Assembly: GCA_029288775.1 (NCBI GenBank)
Contig: JARIGQ010000001.1
Span: forward strand, 29,044-93,043
DNA length: 64,000 nt
Direction of reading: 5' to 3'
DNA from: Candidatus Nomurabacteria bacterium
GTDB lineage: Bacteria; Patescibacteriota; Minisyncoccia; Phycocordibacterales; UBA5272
Of the stretch, positions 48,559-57,321 are shown one piece after another. The notes beneath the pieces are model-generated. The model had not been told where the DNA came from and made no database searches. It was given only the letters and a program-made list of their open reading frames with translations. Each line of letters opens with the position of its first letter. Position 1 is the stretch's first letter. The translations under genes were made by a program, and so were the position numbers.

Positions 48559-48836
48559 GCGCAGAGGTTATTCCGGTTCGCCCGGAAACCCGCGCCATGT
48601 TGCATCTATGCAACGAGATCAGCCAGGGCCGGGTGGGGTGGTTCAATCCCCACGTGCTTACACTTGCGCTTATCCGTGCTTTTCCTTATCTCCACCGGAA
48701 AGAGGATGAGCTCTTCGTGATCGAATTAGCTTGTGGTGTTGCTACATGGAAGATTGTACGTGCACCGCTTGAGTCTGATCCGTCGCATTACTACGTCAGG
48801 TGGCTTACGCGATATTTTCGCAAACGCTTCACCTGA
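48555..48836 (+). CDS. Hypothetical 93-aa protein (GTG start), coupled to the preceding peptide
   Basis: Ends at a strong bidirectional terminator. Arg/Tyr-rich C-terminus. GC-rich. Confidence 0.3.
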   Translation: MSAEVIPVRPETRAMLHLCNEISQGRVGWFNPHVLTLALIRAFPYLHRKEDELFVIELACGVATWKIVRAPLESDPSHYYVRWLTRYFRKRFT

Positions 48837-48880
48837 AAACCGCCCCGGAAGGGGCGGTTGTTTTTTATTTCTTTTCTTTG
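48836..48880. terminator. Bidirectional intrinsic terminator (GC island / thrS)
   Basis: AAAACCGCCCC-ggaa-GGGGCGGTT hairpin followed by TTTTTTATTTCTTTTC. Overlaps the thrS stop. Confidence 0.8.
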
Positions 48881-50628
48881 ATTTCGTTTGTAAGACGAGT
48901 AATGAGATCATCCACTTTCATTTCTCCAATTTTTCCTTCGGTGCGATGCTCCAGGGTCACTGTGCCATTTGCAACTTCTGCATCACCAATAACTGCCCAG
49001 TAGGGTGTTTTCATTTCACGTGCATTTCGTATCTTTTTTCCGAGGCCTTCCTTAGCATCATCAAGTTCTACACGAATGTCTTTTTCTGAAAGTGTGTTTT
49101 TGATGGAAACTGCATATGCTTTATGTGCGTCAGCAATCGGCAAGATAGAAATCTGAGTAGGAGAGAGCCAGAGCGGGAAGTTACCACCCGTATGCTCAAT
49201 GAAGGTAGACATGAAGCGTTCGATAGATCCCATCACCGCGCAGTGAATCATCACAGGACGCTCTCGTTTACCTTCTTCACTTACGTATTCAAGTTCGAGA
49301 TTTGTCGGTTGAACGAAATCGACTTGGATGGTTGCTACCTGCCAGGTTCGACCAATTGAATCCTTGGCCATGAAGTCAATTTTTGGTCCATAGAACGCCG
49401 CTTCACCTTCCCCGTCTATCCAATTGTCAGCGCTTTTTGCATGAATAAGATTTTTAATTGCCGTTTCTGCTTTGGTCCAACCTTCATCTCCACCCATGTA
49501 CTTTTCTGGTGCGTTCGGGTCCCGTCGTGAAAAACGCGGTGTGAGAGAAAAGCCGAATGTCCCATAAAAGGTTTCGATGATTTGCCACACACGCCCCATC
49601 TCTTCTTCAAGTTGGGATTCGCGACAGAATACATGCGCATCATCTTGGGTAATGGATAGTACACGTGCCAGACCAGAGAGTTCGCCGGATTGTTCATCGC
49701 GATAGACCATTGTAGTTTCGGAGAAGCGAAGCGGAAGTTCTTTATATGAGCGCAGTTCGCTTGCATAAATTTGTGCATGATGTGGGCAGTTCATCGGCTT
49801 CATGGCAAAGAGATGCTTGTCACGTGTTTCAATCTTGAAAAGATCTTCGGCGTATTTTGCCCAGTGCCCGCTTTTTATATAGAGATCGCTTTTTGTGATA
49901 TGTGGAATGGTAACGCGCTGATAGCCTTGTTGTTTGCGGAGTGACCATACATAATCATTGAGAGCTTCACGAATGAGTGTTCCACGTGGAGTCCAAAGCG
50001 GAAGGCCTGGGCCTACGAGCTCGCTAAATGTAAAAAGCTTGAGCTGCTTGCCTAAAATGCGATGATCTCGCTTCTTTGCCTCTTCCTGCTGTGTGATATA
50101 TGCATCTAGTTCTTCCTTTGTATCGAAGGCAAGTCCATAGATGCGAGTGAGCATGGCATTTTTTTCATCTCCACGCCAGTACGCGCCGGCGATCTTATCG
50201 AGCTTAAAACTTCCGGGAGCAATGTCTCCTGTGGTGTCAGTATGTCCACCTCCGCACAGATCAAAGAAGGTGTCTCCGGTGTAATAGATGGTGATGGTCT
50301 TACCTTCCTTTTCTAGATTATCTATAAGTTCGCGCTTATAAGGATTCATTTCAAAAAGTGCTCGTGCTTGATCAGCAGTTACTTCTTCGTGATGAAAAGG
50401 AAGTGCTTGGCTTATGATTTCATGCATGGTCGCTTCAAGTTTTGGAAAGTCTTCTGCGCTTGGCTTGCCGGCATTTCCGAAATCAATATCATAGTAGAAG
50501 CCATGCTCAATAGCCGGACCAAGCGTCGGAACAGCATGTGGATAATGGTGCTTTACCGCCATCAGTAGTACATGAGCCAGTGAGTGGCGTTTTTTAGCAA
50601 GTAATGGAAGGGAATCGCTGTGTGACAT
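48865..50628 (-). CDS. thrS: Threonine--tRNA ligase (no N-terminal TGS extension)
   Basis: Class II catalytic core and anticodon-binding domain. The -10 element abuts the ATG (leaderless). Confidence 0.9.
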   Translation of the reverse strand: MSHSDSLPLLAKKRHSLAHVLLMAVKHHYPHAVPTLGPAIEHGFYYDIDFGNAGKPSAEDFPKLEATMHEIISQALPFHHEEVTADQARALFEMNPYKRELIDNLEKEGKTITIYYTGDTFFDLCGGGHTDTTGDIAPGSFKLDKIAGAYWRGDEKNAMLTRIYGLAFDTKEELDAYITQQEEAKKRDHRILGKQLKLFTFSELVGPGLPLWTPRGTLIREALNDYVWSLRKQQGYQRVTIPHITKSDLYIKSGHWAKYAEDLFKIETRDKHLFAMKPMNCPHHAQIYASELRSYKELPLRFSETTMVYRDEQSGELSGLARVLSITQDDAHVFCRESQLEEEMGRVWQIIETFYGTFGFSLTPRFSRRDPNAPEKYMGGDEGWTKAETAIKNLIHAKSADNWIDGEGEAAFYGPKIDFMAKDSIGRTWQVATIQVDFVQPTNLELEYVSEEGKRERPVMIHCAVMGSIERFMSTFIEHTGGNFPLWLSPTQISILPIADAHKAYAVSIKNTLSEKDIRVELDDAKEGLGKKIRNAREMKTPYWAVIGDAEVANGTVTLEHRTEGKIGEMKVDDLITRLTNEIKEKK

Positions 50629-50785
50629 CTTTTAATACTAACAGAAAAAGGCTTTTCTAGTAATACTGAAACTTCATTCTCCCTGGAACATTCCCTTGAC
50701 AGGGGGTGTAGGTTTTGTACTATGAATCTACTTCTTGGACGTGAACACAGATCTTGACCGAACGCCAAGAACAGTATATTTTCAA

Positions 50786-51346
50786 ATGTCACCACTCACT
50801 ATAGGTTTGATTGTTCTCGTTGCAGTAGTGCTTATTCTTATTGGCATGTATAACGGCCTTGTTCGTACCCGTGTGCGCGTACGAGAGGCATGGTCAGATA
50901 TCGATATACAGCTCAAACGTCGTTTTGATCTTATTCCAAATCTCGTAAATACGGTAAAAGGGTCTACTAACTTTGAATCCAGCACGCTTGAAAAGGTAAT
51001 TGCTGCGCGCAGTGCCAGCATGGCGGCCAAGACACCGGGTGAGGTTAGTCAGGCGGAAGTTGGTATGCGCGGCGCCCTCAACGGATTTTTTGCGCTTGCC
51101 GAAAGCTATCCTGATCTTAAATCAAATCAAAATTTTATTGCTCTTCAAAATGAACTTTCAGACACGGAGAATAAAATCCAAGCTGCGCGCCGCTTTTACA
51201 ACAGCGTAGTCACCGACTTCAATACCAAACTACAAACGTTCCCGACTAATATCTTCGGCAGCATCCTTGGTTTTCAGGCAGAAGAATTCTTTGAGCTTGA
51301 AGAAGAGGATAAGGCAGCACGAAATCCTGTCACTGTTAGCTTTTAA
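50786..51346 (+). CDS. lemA: LemA family protein
   Basis: N-terminal TM helix and LemA core (NGLVRTRVRVREAWSDIDIQLKRRFDLIPNLV). The start was set at ATG 50786, directly after the -10 TATATT. Confidence 0.8.
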   Translation: MSPLTIGLIVLVAVVLILIGMYNGLVRTRVRVREAWSDIDIQLKRRFDLIPNLVNTVKGSTNFESSTLEKVIAARSASMAAKTPGEVSQAEVGMRGALNGFFALAESYPDLKSNQNFIALQNELSDTENKIQAARRFYNSVVTDFNTKLQTFPTNIFGSILGFQAEEFFELEEEDKAARNPVTVSF

Positions 51347-51373
51347 TTCCGCTTAGCGGTAGTACAACGGAGT

Positions 51374-52294
51374 ATGGCTTCTCTTTATTCTCATCAGTCG
51401 TCTAATGTGCGCAAGACGTGGCTGCTTATGACAGTGTTTTTCTTGCTTGTGATTGCTCTGGGGTTTGCTTTGTCCTTTATATACGGTAATCCACATATCC
51501 TTTACGGTGCAGTGATTATGAGTGTGCTCATGAATATTTCAGCCTATTGGTTTTCAGACAAGCTCGTCCTTTCGATGGCGAATGCACAGCCGGTTGCATC
51601 CAGAAATGAATATCCTGAGCTATGGAATATTGTGGAGAATCTCTCTATCACTGCCGGGCTTCCTATGCCAAAGCTGTATGTTATCGATGATCCGGCACCG
51701 AATGCATTTGCTACCGGTCGAGATAAAGACCATGCGGTGATCGCTGTCACTACAGGAATTCTCCCGCTTCTTACTAAGTCAGAACTGGAAGGAGTGATTG
51801 CTCACGAGCTTTCTCACATTGGTAATCGCGACATGCTTATTAGTACTATGGTTGTCGTTTTTGCTGGACTTATCTCTATCGTAGCCGATATCGCCCTTCG
51901 TTTTTCTTTCTATGGAAGAGGAAACGATGAAAAGAAGAACCCTCTTTTTTTGGTGCTTGGTATATTTGCGGTTATTCTTGCTCCACTTGCTGCAACTATT
52001 ATCAAGCTTGCCGTTTCGCGTCAGCGCGAGTTCTTGGCAGATGCTTCAGGCGCACTTCTTACACGGTATCCCGAAGGGCTTGCTTCTGCACTTCAGAAAA
52101 TTGCGAGTTTCCATCAGCCTATGCGTGTGCAACGTCCGGCAATTGCTCATCTATTCATTTCTGATCCATCGGGAGCTAATGATGAATCTGAAATTCGTGA
52201 GCATGAAGAAGTATCGTGGATTCAGAAACTCTTTATGACCCATCCACCGATTAGTGAACGCATTGAGCGCTTAACTGGTGGTAGGGAAGTGTAG
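51374..52294 (+). CDS. htpX: Zinc metalloprotease HtpX (M48)
   Basis: HELSHIGNRD (HExxH), TM helices, and the lemA-htpX pairing. Confidence 0.85.
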   Translation: MASLYSHQSSNVRKTWLLMTVFFLLVIALGFALSFIYGNPHILYGAVIMSVLMNISAYWFSDKLVLSMANAQPVASRNEYPELWNIVENLSITAGLPMPKLYVIDDPAPNAFATGRDKDHAVIAVTTGILPLLTKSELEGVIAHELSHIGNRDMLISTMVVVFAGLISIVADIALRFSFYGRGNDEKKNPLFLVLGIFAVILAPLAATIIKLAVSRQREFLADASGALLTRYPEGLASALQKIASFHQPMRVQRPAIAHLFISDPSGANDESEIREHEEVSWIQKLFMTHPPISERIERLTGGREV

Positions 52295-52316
52295 AAGTAA
52301 ATATGGTAGAATACAT

Positions 52317-52345
52317 TCCGCGCACGAAAGTGCGCGGAATTGTTT
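52317..52345 (+). terminator. Hairpin plus T-run immediately upstream of tRNA-Ser
   Basis: TTCCGCGCAC-gaaa-GTGCGCGGAA hairpin followed by TTGTTT. Confidence 0.65.
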
Positions 52346-52432
52346 GGAGGCGTCGCATAGCGGTCTAGTGCACTGCCTTGGAAAGGCAGCAACGGGGTAA
52401 CTCGTTCGAGAGTTCGAATCTCTCCGCCTCCG
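52346..52432 (+). tRNA. tRNA-Ser (anticodon GGA), long variable arm, CCA not encoded
   Basis: Acceptor GGAGGCG/CGCCTCC. Anticodon stem-loop CTGCC-TTGGAAA-GGCAG. T-arm GAGAG-TTCGAAT-CTCTC. Confidence 0.85.
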
Positions 52433-52440
52433 CACAAATT

Positions 52441-52479
52441 AAAACCCCCAGAGATTCTTGCTCTGGGGTTTTAATTTGC
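52441..52479 (+). terminator. Intrinsic terminator
   Basis: CCCCCAGAG-attcttg-CTCTGGGG hairpin followed by TTTTAATTT. Confidence 0.75.
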
Positions 52480-52578
52480 TAAGGAGCTTTAGAAAGCAAG
52501 CCATCTGCATGGCTTGCGGAGATTCGAATAGGGGTCGCGAAACTTTATCGACGAGCTTGCGAGGAGAAGTTTTGTGAC

Positions 52579-52600
52579 CGAATCTCTCCGCCTCCGCACA
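52579..52600 (+). repeat. 22-nt exact copy of the tRNA-Ser 3' end (att-like direct repeat)
   Basis: CGAATCTCTCCGCCTCCGCACA occurs at 52415-52436 (inside the tRNA) and again at 52579-52600. Confidence 0.7.
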
Positions 52601-52639
52601 TCTATCTGCTATACTTTACTAATTACACTTATACAACCT

Positions 52640-53164
52640 ATGGAAAAATATTCAGTACTTTTGGACATTACAAAACAGAACTTACAAGCGCTTCTTCGCA
52701 TTTTGGATAAAGCCGAGGCTCATGTGAAGGAAAAGGGGATTGAGGAAAGTGTCCTGCTTTCAGCTCGTTTGTATCCCGATATGATGGATTTTACCAAGCA
52801 GATTCAAATTTCGTCTGATTATGGTCGCAAGGACTTGGCGCTTTTGGCTGGGAAGGAGCCTGTGAAAATGGAAGATACTGAGACTACTATTGCGCAACTT
52901 AAAGAGCGTGTGCAGAAGTCGCTCGATGTTGTAAATACTTTTACGATGGAAGATTTTGCACATGCCGATACGCAACAAGTGAAGCTTTTCTGGTTCCCCG
53001 AAGGAATGCATGTCAGAGGTAAGGACTTTCTTAACCAGTTTGCAATTTCCAATTTCTTGTTCCATGTGGTGACCGCATATGACATCTTGCGCAAGGAAGG
53101 AGTAAATATTGGCAAGGCAGATTTTATTGGTGACATGACCATGGTTCCTGATACGTCAGCATAA
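52640..53164 (+). CDS. DUF1993-like hypothetical protein
   Basis: C-terminal NFLFHVVTAYDILRKEGVNIGKADFIGD. The start was set at MEKYSVL. The family call is from memory. Confidence 0.5.
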   Translation: MEKYSVLLDITKQNLQALLRILDKAEAHVKEKGIEESVLLSARLYPDMMDFTKQIQISSDYGRKDLALLAGKEPVKMEDTETTIAQLKERVQKSLDVVNTFTMEDFAHADTQQVKLFWFPEGMHVRGKDFLNQFAISNFLFHVVTAYDILRKEGVNIGKADFIGDMTMVPDTSA

Positions 53165-53174
53165 GGTAACTAGT

Positions 53175-53900
53175 ATGAAAAACGCTATAGAAATAGACAA
53201 TCTCCAGAAGGTATACAAAGGAGGCAAAGAAGTCTTGCACGGACTTACGCTTGCCGTACCAAAGGGTCAGTTTTTCGGCCTCTTAGGGCCAAACGGGGCC
53301 GGGAAGACGACTACTATAAGTTGTGTGACGGGTATTACCTCCCCAACAGGTGGGTCTATTTTGATAATGGGTAATGACGTGGTGAAGGAGTATCGAGCCG
53401 CGCGCTCCCATGTCGGTCTTTCTCCGCAAGAATTCAATATCGATATCTTCCAGACGGTCGATGAAATACTTGACTATCAAGCTGGATTTTTCGGCATTAC
53501 TGGAGAACGCATGAGAAAGCGTCGGGAAGAGATGCTTGAGAAATTCGATCTTTTGGCGCATCGCGAAAAGAAATTTCAATTCCTTTCAGGAGGGCTCAAG
53601 CGTCGCGCAATGCTTGCAAAAGCAATGATGCATGATCCTGACGTGCTCATTTTAGATGAGCCGACCGCCGGAGTGGACGTGGAGACACGACATGCACTGT
53701 GGAAGTTCTTGCGAGAGCTTCATGCAAGCGGTAAGACTATCGTACTTACTTCCCACTATTTGGAAGAGGTAGAAGCACTTTGCGAGCGAGTAGCAATTAT
53801 TAAAGACGGGGCTATTCTTATAGATGATACGGTGAAAAATCTTACCCAAGGAAAGAGTTTGGAAAGTGTGTATTTAGAAGTTGTCGACCACGTTGCTTAA
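53175..53900 (+). CDS. ABC transporter ATP-binding protein
   Basis: Walker A GPNGAGKTT, LSGG signature (LSGGLKRR), and Walker B ILDEPT. Confidence 0.9.
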   Translation: MKNAIEIDNLQKVYKGGKEVLHGLTLAVPKGQFFGLLGPNGAGKTTTISCVTGITSPTGGSILIMGNDVVKEYRAARSHVGLSPQEFNIDIFQTVDEILDYQAGFFGITGERMRKRREEMLEKFDLLAHREKKFQFLSGGLKRRAMLAKAMMHDPDVLILDEPTAGVDVETRHALWKFLRELHASGKTIVLTSHYLEEVEALCERVAIIKDGAILIDDTVKNLTQGKSLESVYLEVVDHVA

Positions 53901-53906
53901 ATTCCT

Positions 53907-54695
53907 ATGAAAACAACAAACATTCAAACGTTTAATTGGGCAGGATTCCTTACCCTTGTTCGTCGAGAAGTGGGACGTACTAAGCGTGTGATTGGGCAGG
54001 CAATAGTTACGCCGCTTGTAACTGCATCGCTTTATATTTTCGTGTTTGGCTATGTACTTGGAAGTAAGATAGCCACTATTCAAGGTGTTCCCTACCTAAG
54101 CTTCGTATTTCCTGGCGTGTTTACTATGAACCTTGTTATGGCGGTATTTAGTGCCACATCCTTTTCTATCTTCTTCATGAAGTTTCAAAAGACTATAGAA
54201 GATATGCTTACGCTACCTCTTTCGTATTTGGAACTGGTAATATCGCTTATCATTTCTGGTATTGTGCGCGCGCTTGGTATTTCTCTTGCATTATCCATTG
54301 TAGCTGTATTCTTTGGTGTCAACTCTTTGCCGCATCCTTTTATTCTTATAGGGTATGTGCTTTTAGCAAGTATTCTTTTTGGGCTCTTTGGTGTGGTAGC
54401 GGGTATTTGGGCGGATAACAACTTTGAGAAATTCGGTTTTGTAACCAACTTCTTGCTAACCCCACTTTCCTTTTTGGGTGGCGCGTTTTATTCAGCAAGC
54501 ATGCTACCTCAGAAGTGGCAGTTCGTTGTGCACTGGAATCCGATTTTCTACATTGTGGATGGTATTCGTTATTCACTTACGGGATATCATGAAGCCGGTC
54601 TTCTTTTTGGTACGGGAGTACTTACCGCGCTTTCTTTGGTCATGCTCGGTATCTGTATTTGGATATTCACCACAGGTTGGAAATTGCGCGCATAA
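53907..54695 (+). CDS. ABC-2 type transporter permease
   Basis: Six-TM profile. Adjacent to the ATPase. Confidence 0.8.
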   Translation: MKTTNIQTFNWAGFLTLVRREVGRTKRVIGQAIVTPLVTASLYIFVFGYVLGSKIATIQGVPYLSFVFPGVFTMNLVMAVFSATSFSIFFMKFQKTIEDMLTLPLSYLELVISLIISGIVRALGISLALSIVAVFFGVNSLPHPFILIGYVLLASILFGLFGVVAGIWADNNFEKFGFVTNFLLTPLSFLGGAFYSASMLPQKWQFVVHWNPIFYIVDGIRYSLTGYHEAGLLFGTGVLTALSLVMLGICIWIFTTGWKLRA

Positions 54696-54712
54696 GCTGA
54701 TAGAGTGGGGGC

Positions 54713-55183
54713 ATGAAAGTCGCGGTACTCGATAACCTAAGAAGCGTGTACAACGTGGGCTCTATTTTCCGCACGGCGAATGCTGCGGGGATTGAGAAGC
54801 TCTATTTGTGCGGCATAACTCCCACGCCTCTTGATAAGAAGGGGAGACGACGCAGTGATTTTGCCAAAGTTGCTTTAGGGGCGGAGGATAATTTACTTTG
54901 GGAATATTGGGAAACTACCGAAGGTGCTCTGGAAGATCTTCGTGCAAAGGAGCATCATATTATTGCACTTGAGCAGGATACGCGCGCTATAGACTATAAA
55001 GCTATTGTTATACGAGATAAAGCGAATGTGGCTTTTGTTATTGGCCCTGAAGTCGATGGGATGAAACCTGAAACCCTTGCCCTATGCGATCAGATTGCCG
55101 AAATCCCTATGCTAGGAAGCAAAGAATCTTTGAATGTGACTATTGCCTTCGGTATTGGGGTGTACAGGATGTTGGGTCTTTAA
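54713..55183 (+). CDS. SpoU/TrmH-family RNA 2'-O-methyltransferase
   Basis: SPOUT motifs NVGSIFRTA, IALEQD and VIGPEVDG. Confidence 0.8.
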   Translation: MKVAVLDNLRSVYNVGSIFRTANAAGIEKLYLCGITPTPLDKKGRRRSDFAKVALGAEDNLLWEYWETTEGALEDLRAKEHHIIALEQDTRAIDYKAIVIRDKANVAFVIGPEVDGMKPETLALCDQIAEIPMLGSKESLNVTIAFGIGVYRMLGL

Positions 55184-55203
55184 AAAAGGTATATACTGAG
55201 GCT

Positions 55204-55605
55204 ATGGAACCCACCTCTCCCTCTTTGCCTTCGCCAGAAAAGCCTGATATCAATTTAAATGAAAAGCTCAAGCCGGCAACCCTTGATGTAAATCTAGAGG
55301 AGGTAGAAAATGAGGCACGTGTAAAGGAATGTACAAGCTGGATACAACTGTATGGGGCTTTGGATGCTTTTCATTTTATCCCTATGGGATCCGTTCTTGT
55401 TCCTTCTCCGCAATTTCAAGGTATTGTGGAAGAGGTACGAAAAGAAATTGAAAGCATTAAGCATATGCCCGGCTTTGACCCGCTTCAGGAAAAATACAGG
55501 AAGGGGTTGAAAGAAGTATTGAGAAAAATGCCCAGAAAGTGGAAAATTCGGGAAACTGTTGCTCGATTATCCGGAGTCGAGTATGTTACTGAATCTGATA
55601 ACTAG
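55204..55605 (+). CDS. Hypothetical protein (133 aa)
   Basis: The start was set at MEPTSP. The track start overlaps the previous gene by about 100 nt. Confidence 0.4.
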   Translation: MEPTSPSLPSPEKPDINLNEKLKPATLDVNLEEVENEARVKECTSWIQLYGALDAFHFIPMGSVLVPSPQFQGIVEEVRKEIESIKHMPGFDPLQEKYRKGLKEVLRKMPRKWKIRETVARLSGVEYVTESDN

Positions 55606-55606
55606 T

Positions 55607-55957
55607 ATGGATATTGTTTTTATTGAAAATTGCACTGTCCTAGCCAAGCATGGATATTATAAAGAAGAACATGCAAAAGAGCAGCGCTTTGTCGTGAGTA
55701 TTTACGCCTATACTGATACAGCAAAGGCAGGAGAAGCAGATGATCTCAAGCAGACGCTTAATTATGAACATCTGCGGATGTATATTTATGAAATTCTCTC
55801 CAAATCACCTCACGATCTCATTGAATCTCTAGCCGAAGAAATTGCTAGACGAGTGCTGGTAGAGCATGACGTGCATAAGGTTGAAGTAGAAATTAAGAAA
55901 CCGGACGTATGGAAGGATTCTTCTCCTGGAGTAAGGATTACAAGGAACGCTTCATAG
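55607..55957 (+). CDS. Dihydroneopterin aldolase (FolB)-like protein
   Basis: MDIVFIEN... N-terminus is typical of FolB. Its ATG lies 1 nt after the previous stop. Confidence 0.6.
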   Translation: MDIVFIENCTVLAKHGYYKEEHAKEQRFVVSIYAYTDTAKAGEADDLKQTLNYEHLRMYIYEILSKSPHDLIESLAEEIARRVLVEHDVHKVEVEIKKPDVWKDSSPGVRITRNAS

Positions 55958-56000
55958 CTTCCCCAGGGTCTTGAGCGATTTTTCTGTATACTAGAAACAC

Positions 56001-56336
56001 ATGAAAGGTTTTCGTTTTTTTTCACTCTTTTTCGTCCTCTTTTGCCTTTTCTTACTAGGAGGGTGGGCGGTGTACCATAGTGGGAAAACGATCTTATACC
56101 AGAATAGGATTTCTTCGGACACACAAATAAATACACAAGATTTTCAGATAGTCGATGTCGACGCTCCCGATACTCCTTCTCCACAAAAGAATATAGTCTT
56201 TGCAAGAAACGGTGACTTCCCAGTTCGATTTATTTTCTTGGAAATAGTAAGTATTTTGTACGTATATACGTTCTATGTCCGTGGAAGAAAAATCTCTCCT
56301 CATTCTTTGTGGCAGCAAGCAATCACCTCGCGTTAA
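56001..56336 (+). CDS. Hypothetical small membrane protein
   Basis: N-terminal TM helix. No motifs. Confidence 0.3.
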   Translation: MKGFRFFSLFFVLFCLFLLGGWAVYHSGKTILYQNRISSDTQINTQDFQIVDVDAPDTPSPQKNIVFARNGDFPVRFIFLEIVSILYVYTFYVRGRKISPHSLWQQAITSR

Positions 56337-56340
56337 TTTC

Positions 56341-56370
56341 TTGCTTCTTATTATTTATTACCTCTATAAT
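56341..56370 (+). promoter_or_regulatory. Promoter TTGCTT-18-TATAAT giving a leaderless transcript
   Basis: -10 ends at 56370 and the ATG is at 56378. Confidence 0.5.
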
Positions 56371-56377
56371 CAAATCT

Positions 56378-56698
56378 ATGAACATCAAAACTATTCTTAC
56401 TATCAGTTCACTAGCGCTTACTCTTGGAGTAATGTCAGCTTCAGCAGAAACTATGACGGCTACCACTACAGCAGCTCCTACTAAAAAGATGGAAATGCAT
56501 CAGATGATGAAGCAAGCGCAAGCCGATAAGAAGGCTGCCATGGAAAAGGCTCAGGCAGAGAAGAAAGCTGCAATGGAGAAGGCAAAGGCAGACAAGAAAG
56601 CAGCTATGGAAAAAGCAAAGGCAGACAAGAAAGCAGCAGCTCAGAAATATATGGAGACCAAAAAGGCTCTCAAAATGGCTACGACTACCGCACAGTAA
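56378..56698 (+). CDS. Small secreted Lys/Ala-rich repeat protein
   Basis: Signal peptide followed by four copies of an 11-aa repeat (EKAKADKKAAM) encoded by 33-bp tandem DNA repeats. Confidence 0.5.
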   Translation: MNIKTILTISSLALTLGVMSASAETMTATTTAAPTKKMEMHQMMKQAQADKKAAMEKAQAEKKAAMEKAKADKKAAMEKAKADKKAAAQKYMETKKALKMATTTAQ

Positions 56699-56781
56699 GC
56701 AACGATGCAAACAAAAAACCAGGGACTTCCATCCGTGGTTTTTTGTTTGCAAACTTTTTGTACTACACTGAATCAACTTAT

Positions 56782-57315
56782 ATGCATCCGTATTGCGCTT
56801 ACGTTGCGACACTCAAAGATAAGAAAGACGTTGATAAGGTGTATCATGACCGCTACTATGGTGTGGCTATTAAGGATGATAATGAATTATTTGGAAGGTT
56901 GGTTATGGAAATCAATCAGGCTGGCCTTTCGTGGCGGACAATTCTTTTGAAAGAAGAAGGTTTTAGAAAGGCATATCATAACTTTGCTATTGCAAAAGTA
57001 GCGCAGTATACAGAAAAGGACAGAGAAAGGCTTTTACATGATGCAGCCATTATTCGTAATCGATTGAAAATAGAAGCAGCGATTCATAATGCTCAAGCTA
57101 TTGCGAAGTTACAGAAAGAATATGGAAGTTTTTATGCGTGGTTAAAATTGCTTTCAGAAGAGTTCAAAGATGATAAGGTGGCGTGGCTCAAGGAGTTCAA
57201 GAAGCGTTTTAAGTTCGTCGGAGGAGAAATTATAGGGGAATTTTTGATGAGTATTAATCTCTTGCCTGGAGCTCATGATAGAAAATGTCATCGTTTTCGG
57301 AATGTGATAGGATAA
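56782..57315 (+). CDS. tag: DNA-3-methyladenine glycosylase I
   Basis: CxW...YHDxEWG-like N-terminus and QAGLSWRTIL. Confidence 0.8.
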   Translation: MHPYCAYVATLKDKKDVDKVYHDRYYGVAIKDDNELFGRLVMEINQAGLSWRTILLKEEGFRKAYHNFAIAKVAQYTEKDRERLLHDAAIIRNRLKIEAAIHNAQAIAKLQKEYGSFYAWLKLLSEEFKDDKVAWLKEFKKRFKFVGGEIIGEFLMSINLLPGAHDRKCHRFRNVIG

Positions 57316-57321
57316 GAATAT

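Noticed and set aside
48060-48860. RNase P RNA or tmRNA hidden in the GC-rich island
   Set aside because: No GGAAAGUCCGG, AGGGUGAAA or ACAGAAACCCGGCUUA blocks (RNase P). No tmRNA 5' GGGG...UUCGAC, 3' CCA tail or resume-codon region. A GTGGGG-loop-CCCCAC hairpin resembles a T-arm but lacks any acceptor context.
56532-56640. CRISPR array
   Set aside because: The repeats are 33-bp in-frame coding repeats with no unique spacers. No cas genes are present, and no other repeat-spacer array exists in the window.
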